From the NCBI GenBank assembly GCA_041736175.1, contig JBGSUI010000188.1, forward strand, positions 1-64,000: a stretch of 64,000 nucleotides of DNA. Reading direction: 5' to 3'. Shown here in pieces: positions 1 to 9,719 of this stretch. Under the pieces are notes generated by a model. It was not told where the DNA came from. It saw only the letters and a program-made list of their open reading frames with translations, and did no database searches. Each line of letters begins with the position of its first letter. The stretch's first letter is position 1. The translations under genes and the position numbers were made by a program. This DNA comes from Oligoflexales bacterium (GTDB lineage Bacteria > Bdellovibrionota_B > Oligoflexia > Oligoflexales > CAIYRB01).

Positions 1-203
1 CAACTTGAGACAGCTCTTGAATCGGAGCAAGGGACGACCGCCAGCCGGGATGGAAACCACGCAGCTAGCGTGGGACAGGGGAGGGGCAAACAAAAGTACA
101 ACTACCTAATCTCATTGGGTTTGAATTTCGCGCCAGCGACTAATTATCAAAACGTCTATGTTCTACCCATTTACGCGACAGCCATTCTCACATCCAACCA
201 CTT

Positions 204-314
204 TCAGCTTTCGATTTGAGCCCACTCTGTGGTCAACAATTGTCGTTTAGATCCCCAATCATTCTTAATGCAATCGGTCGCGCCAAATCCGCCTTTCCAC
301 AACTGACTGGACAT
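204..314 (-). CDS. Putative 36-aa small protein overlapping the comEC 3' end
   Basis: The minus strand reads GGGAGGAACGCTT-ATG, then MSSQLWKGGFGATDCIKNDWGSKRQLLTTEWAQIES*. Strong SD; no recognised family. Confidence 0.3.
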   Translation of the reverse strand: MSSQLWKGGFGATDCIKNDWGSKRQLLTTEWAQIES

Positions 315-1785
315 AAGCGTTCCTCCCAATTGGTTCTATCGTCCTTTTTTTGAAATTGCTTAGGACAAAATAGGCTGTCAGCAAAATAAACAGGCCTCGA
401 ACCTTCCAGTCCATATCGTTCAGCTCCAGGTAACTCAAGCTAAATCCTGAGGTAAGATCTGCCAAACCAAGTACGACGTCTAAAAACGATCGATGCAATT
501 GCACCCCAAAGCCATCGAGAAAGCTTATCCCCGGTAAAAAAAGAACAATCGAAATGACAAACAGCGCCGTAAAGACCCCGATCAAGGGCCCGTTTACGAA
601 AAGCCCTATCAACGAGAATTGGCCAAAAAAGGCACCGCCCATGACGGCAAGTTCTCCCTGAAGTTTCAGGGTTTCGAGGAGTTTGCGCCAGATTCCGGAA
701 GGTTGTTGCAAAAGCTGGCAGACTCTTAAATAGCAAACCCAGCTCATCACCGAGGCTTCGGACAGAAAACCAATAGGAAACACCAGGGCTTGGAGAAAGA
801 GTCCGCAAATCATAGCGTGGGTGAGGGACTGTTTGCCCCCAAATAGGAGTCCAGAGAGATACAAAACATAGATGAAGACTGCTCTTTGGACGGCGGGAGT
901 TGCTCCCGACATCACCAGATAGAGGAGAGCAAACACAATACAAACCAGATTAAAAATCTGCAGAAACCAACCCCAACAATGTGGTTTTAAAACGACGCCA
1001 CTCCCATAGAGAACCATTAGCGGGGCCCTCAGCAAAAAAGTTCCTAATGTCGTGAGCACTGTGATATGGAGCCCTCCCACGGACAGGAGGTGGTAGAGTC
1101 CCACCCTTTTAAAGGCTTCTTTAACGGTTTCAGGGATCTCACTTTGATCTCCCAGGTAGATACCGACTAACCAAGACCAAATCATGTGTTTTTGTCGGGT
1201 AAGAGTCTTTTCGCACAGAGTCTTTAGATAGTCTTTGAGGTCTTCGCTTTGGAGGGTGATCTTTCTCACGATTGAAGGGGGGAGCGTTTTCCGTTTGTCT
1301 GCATCATCCTGATTTATCTTAATCAAGTAAAACTGTTTACCACCCGCGGTTGACCAAAGGGGCTGATGATTGGGCTTTTCTCTGTAAGCAAGCACCCCCG
1401 TCGCACCGAGGGGAAGGGGTCCATAGAGTTGTAACCGTGGACTTTTAGGGCGTGACTCCGGAAGGAGGGGATTGCTGGGTGTCCCTAAAATGGGAGCTGA
1501 CTGAAATTGCAAGGAGTTTCTTGCGACGACTTGAAAAGTTTGGCCGACTTGCTGGATCCCTACCGGTGGCGCTCCATGGAGGACACCCCAGAAAATCCCT
1601 AAAGTCCAGCCTATGATTTTGGACAAAGAGACCGAGAGGATGCCGTATCCCACTAGGAGTGCTCCTAAAAGAACTAAACCACCAATCATGATCGAATTTG
1701 TCCAGTAGGGGTAGGACATGGGGATGTGGCTTGTTACGACCAAAGCCAGGAGAAAACCATAGAGAAAGGTCAGTTGGTAATGCAT
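265..1785 (-). CDS. comEC: ComEC/Rec2 family competence membrane protein (no C-terminal metallo-beta-lactamase domain)
   Basis: Motif GLYHLLSVGGLHI, multiple TM segments, SGATPAVQRA. Start taken at MHYQ (1785); the ORF extends to 1815. Confidence 0.85.
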   Translation of the reverse strand: MHYQLTFLYGFLLALVVTSHIPMSYPYWTNSIMIGGLVLLGALLVGYGILSVSLSKIIGWTLGIFWGVLHGAPPVGIQQVGQTFQVVARNSLQFQSAPILGTPSNPLLPESRPKSPRLQLYGPLPLGATGVLAYREKPNHQPLWSTAGGKQFYLIKINQDDADKRKTLPPSIVRKITLQSEDLKDYLKTLCEKTLTRQKHMIWSWLVGIYLGDQSEIPETVKEAFKRVGLYHLLSVGGLHITVLTTLGTFLLRAPLMVLYGSGVVLKPHCWGWFLQIFNLVCIVFALLYLVMSGATPAVQRAVFIYVLYLSGLLFGGKQSLTHAMICGLFLQALVFPIGFLSEASVMSWVCYLRVCQLLQQPSGIWRKLLETLKLQGELAVMGGAFFGQFSLIGLFVNGPLIGVFTALFVISIVLFLPGISFLDGFGVQLHRSFLDVVLGLADLTSGFSLSYLELNDMDWKVRGLFILLTAYFVLSNFKKRTIEPIGRNAYVQSVVERRIWRDRLH

Positions 1786-1844
1786 CGTCAACACCTTAAA
1801 CCCGCATAGGAGCATGGCCGCCGATGGGCAAGGTACCTCTTTAG

Positions 1845-2900
1845 GTGACCGACATCCATGGACAAAGTTTGTACTCTAGGCGCAAAAAGGTCATAATGAT
1901 TTTATTGGACAATATTTTTTGGAAGACCGAAATGGATCTTTGCGGATTTCCTCAACTTAAAAAATGGGCCGAAAACCATTGGGCCTTAGGTGAGGCATCC
2001 CAGTCCCATGGTGAATTTTTACTCCTTGAAACCTGCCACATCATCAACCAACAAGAAAATCATGGAATTTTGTGGGCCTCAGCTCTTAAAAAATTTGTTT
2101 ACAGATCCCAAAATATTGCTTCCGATCTCTCCTATGCCTTGGAACTTGCCGGTAACTTGCACTGCGACTACATCCAAGTTTTTGCTCATTTAACAGAAAC
2201 GGCAATCGCCGATGGTGATGGACCCAAAATATATGGGACCTTAAAAAAAATCAGCGACGAATCCAAAATCGTGACCATTCGGTTTTTGACCGCCTGGACC
2301 GCATTTAATAACAACCAATACGAGCAGTGTCTGGAAGACTGCGAGCCGATCATGGAACGGAACCACTATGTTTACCAACTCGCGGCCCAAGCTATGAACT
2401 ATTTGGGTCGCTATCGTCAGGCATCTGAGCTGCTGGGAATCGCAACACAACTGGCACCTAACGACGGCAACGGCTGGTTTCTTATGGCCAAGAGTTTGCT
2501 CCTCGCTGAGGACTTAGGGGAATGTTTAAAAGCCGTGGAAAGATGTTTGAAATATATTCCTGATGATTTAGAGGTCTACTCCTTATCACTGCTTGCTGGC
2601 TGCCATAAAAAAGCCTCGGATGACCAGAGGAAAAGCGTTTTCGAAATAAACAAAGATCTCATCAAAAATCGCAACCTCCCAGCGCTCATGTATCTAAAGG
2701 TTTTAGAAAACTGTTCTTTGATAGCCGATCCCGCTGCGGTCCATCAAGCATTGGATCTTATGGAAGCATCCCGGTGGAATATCTGCTTGCGAGAGGCCCA
2801 TGAACTTCAAAACCTGGCCAGCCTTCTCAAAACCCTCTACCAAAAAGGCGATTCCAAGGGGTCCATGCTGGTCTTGGATTTTGTAAAGGTATCAGCCTAA
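1845..2900 (+). CDS. Tetratricopeptide repeat protein
   Basis: TPR-like repeats (LAAQAMNYLGRYRQA..LAPNDGNGWFLMAKS). True start may be 1896 or 1932. Confidence 0.7.
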   Translation: MTDIHGQSLYSRRKKVIMILLDNIFWKTEMDLCGFPQLKKWAENHWALGEASQSHGEFLLLETCHIINQQENHGILWASALKKFVYRSQNIASDLSYALELAGNLHCDYIQVFAHLTETAIADGDGPKIYGTLKKISDESKIVTIRFLTAWTAFNNNQYEQCLEDCEPIMERNHYVYQLAAQAMNYLGRYRQASELLGIATQLAPNDGNGWFLMAKSLLLAEDLGECLKAVERCLKYIPDDLEVYSLSLLAGCHKKASDDQRKSVFEINKDLIKNRNLPALMYLKVLENCSLIADPAAVHQALDLMEASRWNICLREAHELQNLASLLKTLYQKGDSKGSMLVLDFVKVSA

Positions 2901-2943
2901 TCACCCCTTTGCCGCTAAAGCTGAAAGGCCGCATAAGGGGTGA
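2901..2943. terminator. Imperfect hairpin between convergent genes
   Basis: TCACCCCTT...AAGGGGTGA inverted repeat directly after the TPR stop; no poly-U tail. Confidence 0.35.
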
Positions 2944-3057
2944 CGTAAGGGCCTGTATCAACAGCTACTAAGGGTGAAGATTAGTGGCTATAATGTTTAG
3001 GGCTTCTATCCCAAGTCATTTAAGGGATCAACCTAACCAGTCTGATCTACACATCAA

Positions 3058-4203
3058 CTAGCGCCTCATCACCCTATCCACTTCTAAAATATTTGTGTTT
3101 TTATGCATAATCCCGCTTACTTTAACTTGGTGTCCCTCACTGAAAGCGGTTAAAACTTCCTCTTCTTGGTTAAGCTCGTAGTGACATTTTACGCTATCAC
3201 TAGAGATACCTTCCGATAAATCGCTGCTTATTTCTCGCAAATCAAATAGAAATTTATCGCGATCACATTGTTTGATTTTCCCAATTACTTTAACCATTAT
3301 TGTATCTCCTTCCAAAGCAAGCACACACTTTCTCAAATTCCTATAAATATCTGGGGTCAGAGTTTTGAACCCTCCAGATTTATTTACGATTCTTCCGGAT
3401 ATTTCGATTTCTTTTATTTGACTTTGTGAAGAGGGTGCTAACTCTTTAAGAGCTGCTAGTATAGGAAGTCGATCCGTTTCGGATATCAAAGAAACATTTC
3501 TTAAAAAGTCGTCCTCTTTGTTTGATTGAACTAAGCTAAATCCCTGGATCATGTAGCTCTCAAATTTTTCCAAAAATTTGTTCTCTAGTTCATTTTTTGG
3601 AATAGGCATTTGAAATGCGACTTCAAAACTTCTATATGCAAATCTTTGCGCAGGAGGATTCAAGAGATTCTTTATTATGTCAGAGGGTGCATTTGATAAT
3701 GTTTCGGATACATGGTCAGCTAGAATTCTAAATGATTTTTTTACTCTCTCAATAGTCCCTTGAATAATATTAGACGGGACATGCCCTAATCTGGCATCAT
3801 CATGAACGACTCTTAAAGCAAATTTGGGCTGGAGGTTAGGCCATAACATCACATGTTTTTTAGGCAATCTATCAGTACTAATTTTTGAAAGATCTGTTAA
3901 CCACACGGATTCTAAAGTCCAGTTATCCTTTAAATCAGCAATCCAAACTCTAGGTTGATCTAACGCTTCCAAAAGAGTTATCGAACCAGCTTTTAAGCTG
4001 GATAATAGACTCTCTGAAAACGGCACTATAATAAAGCGTCTTATTTCAGCTGACTCATCGGACTGGTAAGCTAATAGAAGTTTGCTATCTGCGTCATTAG
4101 ATGTAAACACTCTTGGACCATCAAAATCATACAAGACTTCTTGAGGCTCTAGCGCTCCTAGAAATGAAAAATCAGTTAATTGTTTTCCGAAAATTTCAAA
4201 CAT
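3058..4203 (-). CDS. DUF6575-like domain protein with probable C-terminal OB-fold
   Basis: N-terminal EVLYDFDGPRVF...LxxG.I.LLEAL pattern recalled from the DUF6575 family. C-terminal VKVIGKIKQCD...VKVSG is a beta-rich segment. AT-rich DNA. Confidence 0.6.
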   Translation of the reverse strand: MFEIFGKQLTDFSFLGALEPQEVLYDFDGPRVFTSNDADSKLLLAYQSDESAEIRRFIIVPFSESLLSSLKAGSITLLEALDQPRVWIADLKDNWTLESVWLTDLSKISTDRLPKKHVMLWPNLQPKFALRVVHDDARLGHVPSNIIQGTIERVKKSFRILADHVSETLSNAPSDIIKNLLNPPAQRFAYRSFEVAFQMPIPKNELENKFLEKFESYMIQGFSLVQSNKEDDFLRNVSLISETDRLPILAALKELAPSSQSQIKEIEISGRIVNKSGGFKTLTPDIYRNLRKCVLALEGDTIMVKVIGKIKQCDRDKFLFDLREISSDLSEGISSDSVKCHYELNQEEEVLTAFSEGHQVKVSGIMHKNTNILEVDRVMRR

Positions 4204-4593
4204 TTAATTTCTCTCGTCTATAGATTCAAAAATATCTTCTCTCTTGACCCCTTCATAAACCCACCATGTGGTATGCGAAGGTTGTTTGCCATTTGTCAGT
4301 AAGGTTTTACCATGCTCCGAACATAGAGTTCCTTTTGCAATATAGTCGCCAAGAAAAGGTAAAGCATCTCTTTGGTGATAGGCATCGTCAAAGGTCAGGA
4401 AGACAGACAATCCACACCGTAAGCATGGATCACCTCTTTTACACCTATCCGTCTCCTCATGTGTCAAAAAGTCGGAGCTAGAAGGTTTAGGGCTATTCCT
4501 TACTACTCGGTAAACGACCTGATCTGCTGGAACCGCTCCTTCAAATGGACAACCTGCTGGAAAATTACTTGGAAAGCTACTCATGACTCCCAT
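4204..4593 (-). CDS. Small protein with ADP-ribosyltransferase-fold-like R-S-H motifs
   Basis: FPAGCP, VYRVV, CLRCGLSVF and SHTTWW motifs; SD AGAGG upstream; stop abuts the next ATG. Confidence 0.55.
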   Translation of the reverse strand: MGVMSSFPSNFPAGCPFEGAVPADQVVYRVVRNSPKPSSSDFLTHEETDRCKRGDPCLRCGLSVFLTFDDAYHQRDALPFLGDYIAKGTLCSEHGKTLLTNGKQPSHTTWWVYEGVKREDIFESIDERN

Positions 4594-4620
4594 TTTCCTC
4601 TACTATTTCTGCAAAAAAAG

Positions 4621-5523
4621 TCAGTTTACACTCGGGAGGGTTTTAGCAGCCTGCTGAACCCGGTTTTCCACAAGTCGCCCAAAGTCCTCCCAGGACTGGG
4701 GCTCTGGCTCGCCCGGTAAGCATTGAATGGTTCCAAGGCTACGGGATTGGGGGATCAAGGCACTCTCTTGAGACCTAAGCAGTTCCATCAACGCCGGAGT
4801 CACAGCACCCCCTTGTGCTCCCACCCCTGGCATCAGCAGATTAAATCTTTTAAGGATCGCCGTATCCCAATCCTTGATTTGGTCCAGCTTAGTGGCACCA
4901 TAGACGAGGCCTAGGGCACCTTCGAGTTGGTTGCCTGCGTTAAAATCCACTAAAAGATTGAGCAGGTGACCCGCCACATGGCTTTGAATTTGGTGGCCCG
5001 AAGAATTTGAACTGATCCAGACCACATAGGCCCCATAACCTCGGGACAACCATCTTTTAAGGGGATCTAGGACGTCCATACCCATATAGGCCGTAACGGT
5101 CAAGGCGTCTGCACCCATGGTTTCATAGGCCATAAAGCCGTAAGCCTGCATTGTTGACGCGATGTCCCCCCGCTTTACGTCGAGGATTGAGACCAGCCCG
5201 TTGTGTTTAGCAGTGCCCAAAAGGTCCTTGAGGATCCTTAGTCCTTCGGGACCAAAGGCTTCAAAATAGGCGCTCTGGGGTTTTATAGCCGGTACATGGG
5301 GAGTGGCTGCGGCTAACAAAACCTCGCAGTAGGTTTTGAGCCAAACAAGTGGGGGATCTTGGGACAGGGAATTCACAAAAAACTCAGGTAACCCTGAGGG
5401 GGTTTTTTTTTCAAGTAAAAGATCATAAGGGGGATCGATACCCAGGCATAAATGGGTTTTTTTCTGCCGTATAACGGTTTGCAGCCGCTCTTTAAAAATA
5501 GAATTCTCGTTTGTTGGGCTCAT
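4621..5523 (-). CDS. pyrF: Orotidine-5'-phosphate decarboxylase (type 2)
   Basis: LCLGIDP, KPQSAYFE, LDVKRGDIAST and LMPGVGAQGG motifs. Confidence 0.93.
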   Translation of the reverse strand: MSPTNENSIFKERLQTVIRQKKTHLCLGIDPPYDLLLEKKTPSGLPEFFVNSLSQDPPLVWLKTYCEVLLAAATPHVPAIKPQSAYFEAFGPEGLRILKDLLGTAKHNGLVSILDVKRGDIASTMQAYGFMAYETMGADALTVTAYMGMDVLDPLKRWLSRGYGAYVVWISSNSSGHQIQSHVAGHLLNLLVDFNAGNQLEGALGLVYGATKLDQIKDWDTAILKRFNLLMPGVGAQGGAVTPALMELLRSQESALIPQSRSLGTIQCLPGEPEPQSWEDFGRLVENRVQQAAKTLPSVN

Positions 5524-7508
5524 CGATCCTGACCCTTTCTATGGTCAATGTGCGCTTTCATAGAGCGCTCTCGGTTAGGTCCCAGGGCTTTGAGATACCT
5601 TAAGGGCGTCCCATAGGTCTGTGGGAAACCAACACACAGCATGGCATGCTGATCAATGATCGATTCTGGGGTTTTTGGCAAGGCCTTGGTGGCCCATTCC
5701 GCCAGGTAGCCCACAAAAAACCCAAGACTCTGGCTAAGTAAAACGTCGTTTTGGTCAAAATCCTGGGCATCACGCCGGGCCAGCATCCGCGCTTGTTTCC
5801 ACGAGCCGACTTCCCAAAGAAACTGGTTGTTGCTATGGATAACAGCGTCTAAAGCTGGAATCCCGGTTTTGTAGGCTGCTAAGTCTTCAGTCTCTTTTAG
5901 ATAGTGACTCCATGCCTCTTCGTCCGCTGCAAAGCCCCAGCCAAATCTTCGGAGTTTTTCACAGATCTTGCTGAGGTCTCCACCATGAGCTCTTGCAGTA
6001 TAAATCAACTCTTCTAAGAGCAGTGAACGAAAAACAAGGTCCCACGGAATAGAATGATCTGTGGATTCAAGATGCAACAATTGGTCGCTGACAAGACCTA
6101 GAATCTCACCAAAGACAGGTTCAAGAGGCGGTCCGAGCCACTGGAGCGAGCCCTGCCTGAGCCCCGTCGGGTCACCGCCAATCAGTCGAAAGACTAAGGG
6201 TTTTTCATCACCCCATTGCAAATGCAAAGACTCTAAAGTCAGCCATTTAAGGAGGACTTTATTTTTTGGCAGATGCGTTCCTTGGGAAAATACGATTTTT
6301 TGGCTCCAAAGTTGGGCCGTCTGGGCATGACCAATCCAGCGATCAATGCGGCTATAGAGTACCTCCAAACTCTGCATAAACTCCACAGACGTTAGGCTCG
6401 ATGTCAGCAGAACATGATGATCCTCAGCAAGATGAACAAGAGCTTCCGCTGGAGGTGGTCCCAGGGTGATATCGATCATCACAAAAGGTGTGGGCGATTT
6501 TTGGATAGCATTTATTGATTTTTCGGATCTTTGGGTTCGCAGCCACGTGCCATAAGGCTTTTGATAGTAGGCCAAGGCAGCAACGCGTGCAAGCGCTGCT
6601 GCATGTTGAAGATTGGCAGGGTTATTGGCCCGGTCTTTGATCAATTGCCAACAATAATCCCAGGCATTCATCGGCGGCTTTTGGGATTTCTGGTTGAGAA
6701 AATCATGGGCTCGCGAGGTTTCTTCTCGGTAAAAAATCTCGAGATCTTGGCCCGTCAATCGCTGATGCTTCACTACAGCTTGTTTGCGTGAAAAAAAATC
6801 GAGATTAATGCTAGATTTGAAGCCTGAAAAGCCCCCCGAAAAGCCCGTTGTCAGGCTCTTTTGGACCAGGGGTGGTCTTACGCTTTCGATTCTTTTTTTA
6901 ATCGTAGCAATCATCTCCTGGTGGGATGGTTCGAGGTTTCTTTCGCTACAAAAATGGATCAAACCCTCCTTAAAGGCTTGGTCTGCCCTCATAGTGGGCT
7001 GGGACTGCCACTTGTCTTTGATCTTGGCACCATTTTTTGCCATGGATTCCAGAATCCCACCTGCTACAAAAACACCCGTTTGTATCTCAGGAAACCCGAT
7101 TTTTGCTTTTGAATTTAAATAATAACGATAACGACATGCCAGAGCCAACTCCCAATGGCTCCCAAAAGTATCGTCTCCACTCCAATAAAACCACGGAACT
7201 TCGCTATGTCTAACGAGATAGAGCAACCACCGGAGCGCCAGAATATTTTCATAGAGTCGCTTTTGAACACCCTCGGTTTCTAGCTCTCCCATCCATGATT
7301 CGACCCAATCGACCGCCGGCTGGGTTTGCAAGAGGACAATGGCTTTGGGGTGCGTTTTATTTAAGCTAGGAGCTATCGATGTTTGTAACCTTGAAGCAAT
7401 GTCAATCAAACCTTCGACAAATCCATGACTCGCTTCGCTATAAAGACAGCACTCCCATGGCTCATGGATGAGGAGATAGTCTTCAACAGCAAATATTTTT
7501 AAATCCAT
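5520..7508 (-). CDS. Degenerate fatty-acid oxidation complex alpha-subunit (FadB/FadJ)-like protein; crotonase domain
   Basis: GSHWELALACRYR and KIGFPEIQTG crotonase motifs; C-terminal VGFPQTYGTPLRYL. No GxGxxG NAD-binding motif. Confidence 0.65.
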   Translation of the reverse strand: MDLKIFAVEDYLLIHEPWECCLYSEASHGFVEGLIDIASRLQTSIAPSLNKTHPKAIVLLQTQPAVDWVESWMGELETEGVQKRLYENILALRWLLYLVRHSEVPWFYWSGDDTFGSHWELALACRYRYYLNSKAKIGFPEIQTGVFVAGGILESMAKNGAKIKDKWQSQPTMRADQAFKEGLIHFCSERNLEPSHQEMIATIKKRIESVRPPLVQKSLTTGFSGGFSGFKSSINLDFFSRKQAVVKHQRLTGQDLEIFYREETSRAHDFLNQKSQKPPMNAWDYCWQLIKDRANNPANLQHAAALARVAALAYYQKPYGTWLRTQRSEKSINAIQKSPTPFVMIDITLGPPPAEALVHLAEDHHVLLTSSLTSVEFMQSLEVLYSRIDRWIGHAQTAQLWSQKIVFSQGTHLPKNKVLLKWLTLESLHLQWGDEKPLVFRLIGGDPTGLRQGSLQWLGPPLEPVFGEILGLVSDQLLHLESTDHSIPWDLVFRSLLLEELIYTARAHGGDLSKICEKLRRFGWGFAADEEAWSHYLKETEDLAAYKTGIPALDAVIHSNNQFLWEVGSWKQARMLARRDAQDFDQNDVLLSQSLGFFVGYLAEWATKALPKTPESIIDQHAMLCVGFPQTYGTPLRYLKALGPNRERSMKAHIDHRKGQDR

Positions 7509-8509
7509 ATTAAACTCAAAAATGATTGATTATGGCCGTGGTAAATATAGAGAATGGGTCCCTGTTTCATTTCTGACCATGACTGAAAGAGAGTCCCTAT
7601 AGGATGCCACCCAAGACCGTGATCTAAAAAATGGATGGACGGTCGGTCACCGATGACCGGTGCTAAAAGCTGCCCAAAATATGCGGCCATTGGGAGCCAA
7701 GATATCGAAAGATGAACCCGGCCTATCGACTTGGTATCCATTCCAAGATGCTTGATCCAGTCTTCGACTACAGAAACCAAGTCAAGCAACTCCATTTCTG
7801 GCGATCGACTCAGGTGTTGAATCGACGCCATTGCTAAATGCCATTGATTGTCTTGGGACGGTTTGTCTATGGAGGCGTAGTAGACCGCGAATCCAGGCTC
7901 AGCGGGAAACGGCGGGCGCTGTAAGTCCTTTCCCGTAGGTTGGGAGATCGTTATAAATCGTTTTAGATTCGTTTTAACCGTGAGATCATCAAGATTCAGT
8001 ACAGAAAACTTTCCTGGTTTTTCCTCGATGACAATCGATATAGGATCGTCAGAAAGTTCTTTAGTTTTGCTGTAGTGTTTAAGGTCCAAAATGACTTTTT
8101 GCGCCGCTTGAGATTCTAAAAGATAGTCATTGCTGTGAATGGAAGAAACGAAGGGGAGGAGATTTGGAGAACTCTCCGGCTGGCACTCGCTCATACCTAG
8201 AATCCCAAAGGGACCGTTCATAGTCTTTAGATTATGAAATAGCGACTGCATCACTGGAGAGACCACGATCATTTGGTTTTTGTCGACTAGAAAATCATAG
8301 ATCCTTCGAACCGACCACTCCTCTAAGGAGGTTAAAACCATCAGGGGATCGCTGGAATGATGGGGGATCATCCGCGCTACATTCGCAAATATTTTAGGGT
8401 AATCAATAGATTTAGGACGAATGTTAACAAGTCCACGGATAACTTGGGGTAGCTTGGAAAAACTTATTTTTTTTACAAAAAAATCCATCTGTGATTTATG
8501 CATAGCCAT
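7499..8509 (-). CDS. Hypothetical protein, possibly degenerate thiolase fold
   Basis: C-terminal GLGWHPIG...HGHNQSFLSLIW echoes thiolase GHPxG...CxGGGQG. Overlaps both neighbours. Confidence 0.45.
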   Translation of the reverse strand: MAMHKSQMDFFVKKISFSKLPQVIRGLVNIRPKSIDYPKIFANVARMIPHHSSDPLMVLTSLEEWSVRRIYDFLVDKNQMIVVSPVMQSLFHNLKTMNGPFGILGMSECQPESSPNLLPFVSSIHSNDYLLESQAAQKVILDLKHYSKTKELSDDPISIVIEEKPGKFSVLNLDDLTVKTNLKRFITISQPTGKDLQRPPFPAEPGFAVYYASIDKPSQDNQWHLAMASIQHLSRSPEMELLDLVSVVEDWIKHLGMDTKSIGRVHLSISWLPMAAYFGQLLAPVIGDRPSIHFLDHGLGWHPIGTLFQSWSEMKQGPILYIYHGHNQSFLSLIWI

Positions 8510-9665
8510 GACTTAAACCGTCCATGAGGCGACGTTGTACCTGTGTCATCTGTGATTTTAGGACTGGATCTAAAAGGACTCCATTTAGAAGCTCCAAATA
8601 TTGCTGTACAAGGCTCCAATCTTTTTGTTTAACACCAATCTGAATCACTCCTTCGGCTGCATCTAGCAGGATCGGCCAGAGTTTAAAGGCTCGCTGGTAG
8701 TTATCAATTGCTTGCCCATAGTCACCGAGCTGCTCAAAGATCTGGCCCATCTTAAAACGAATGATCGACCGGCCCATATCGGCCTCGACCGAAAGAAGGC
8801 ATTGGCGCAGGACCCGTAGACAGCCTTCCCAGTGTCCAAGCCGCTGGTACGCATCATAAAGCACTGTTGAGGTGTCGATAGGACTTTCGTTGCAATGCTG
8901 TTCAACGATTTCTATGGCGTCTTTAGGTTGGTCTAGTTGGTACAGATAAATAGCCGCAAGTTCGAGAGCAACCCTGTAAACCTCCTGGGCATAGCTGACA
9001 CTGGTCAGAAGGGTCCTCAAAATCAATACCACCTCCTCCCAATCCCCGCTTTGGGTAAAAACCAGCTTAAAGTACCTAAGGGCCTTAACATTTTTGGGGT
9101 CTGTTTCGATCAAACGTTCATAGGTCTTTGCTAGGAGAGATTCGTTGTGAGTCTTTTTTTCGTAAAGAATACAAAGTCTTTCAAGGCATTTGATCTGGTC
9201 CCCATGATCTTTGAAATGGGGGGACGCTGCGTTGAGGATCATTGCTTCAGCAGCAAAATCTTCGTGGTTGAGGATTTTGCTGATGACCTCCTGTTGCAAA
9301 ATCGGGTAGCTAACCTTAAGGTCTCGGGTCAAATTACAACAAACTTCGGCAGCTTTGCCTATATCTTCCATATATCTATAGTGAGTCCTTGCGAGGCGCA
9401 CATAAAGATTAAGGCTTTGCTGGGCGGGATCCGCAATCCTTTCCTCTAAGAGCCTAAAATAAGCGGTCCAGCATTCAAAGGACTCAAGTGTGTCAAGGGT
9501 CTCGCCAAGCTCTTCGGCAGACGTCGGGGGATGAGTCTCAATACTTTTCAATAATTCTTTTATTTTAGATGGTTGGGGTTGGTCGTTCACAATTTCTGAT
9601 ATCATAAGGGCCCCCATCTCGTAAAATCCCGCAGCGTCTTCGATCTTATTCCTAGAAGCTACCAC
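8496..9665 (-). CDS. Tetratricopeptide repeat protein
   Basis: Helical repeats, e.g. FKMGQIFEQLGDYGQAIDNYQRAFKLWP. Confidence 0.8.
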   Translation of the reverse strand: MVASRNKIEDAAGFYEMGALMISEIVNDQPQPSKIKELLKSIETHPPTSAEELGETLDTLESFECWTAYFRLLEERIADPAQQSLNLYVRLARTHYRYMEDIGKAAEVCCNLTRDLKVSYPILQQEVISKILNHEDFAAEAMILNAASPHFKDHGDQIKCLERLCILYEKKTHNESLLAKTYERLIETDPKNVKALRYFKLVFTQSGDWEEVVLILRTLLTSVSYAQEVYRVALELAAIYLYQLDQPKDAIEIVEQHCNESPIDTSTVLYDAYQRLGHWEGCLRVLRQCLLSVEADMGRSIIRFKMGQIFEQLGDYGQAIDNYQRAFKLWPILLDAAEGVIQIGVKQKDWSLVQQYLELLNGVLLDPVLKSQMTQVQRRLMDGLSHGYA

Positions 9666-9719
9666 GGCCCCGTCCCTTTCCCAAGATGGCGTTGCCGCAC
9701 GGAGACTTAAGCGACCTTT

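Noticed and set aside
1..219. Open plus-strand frame from the window edge
   Set aside because: No recognisable motif and no start visible; cannot be supported as a gene end.
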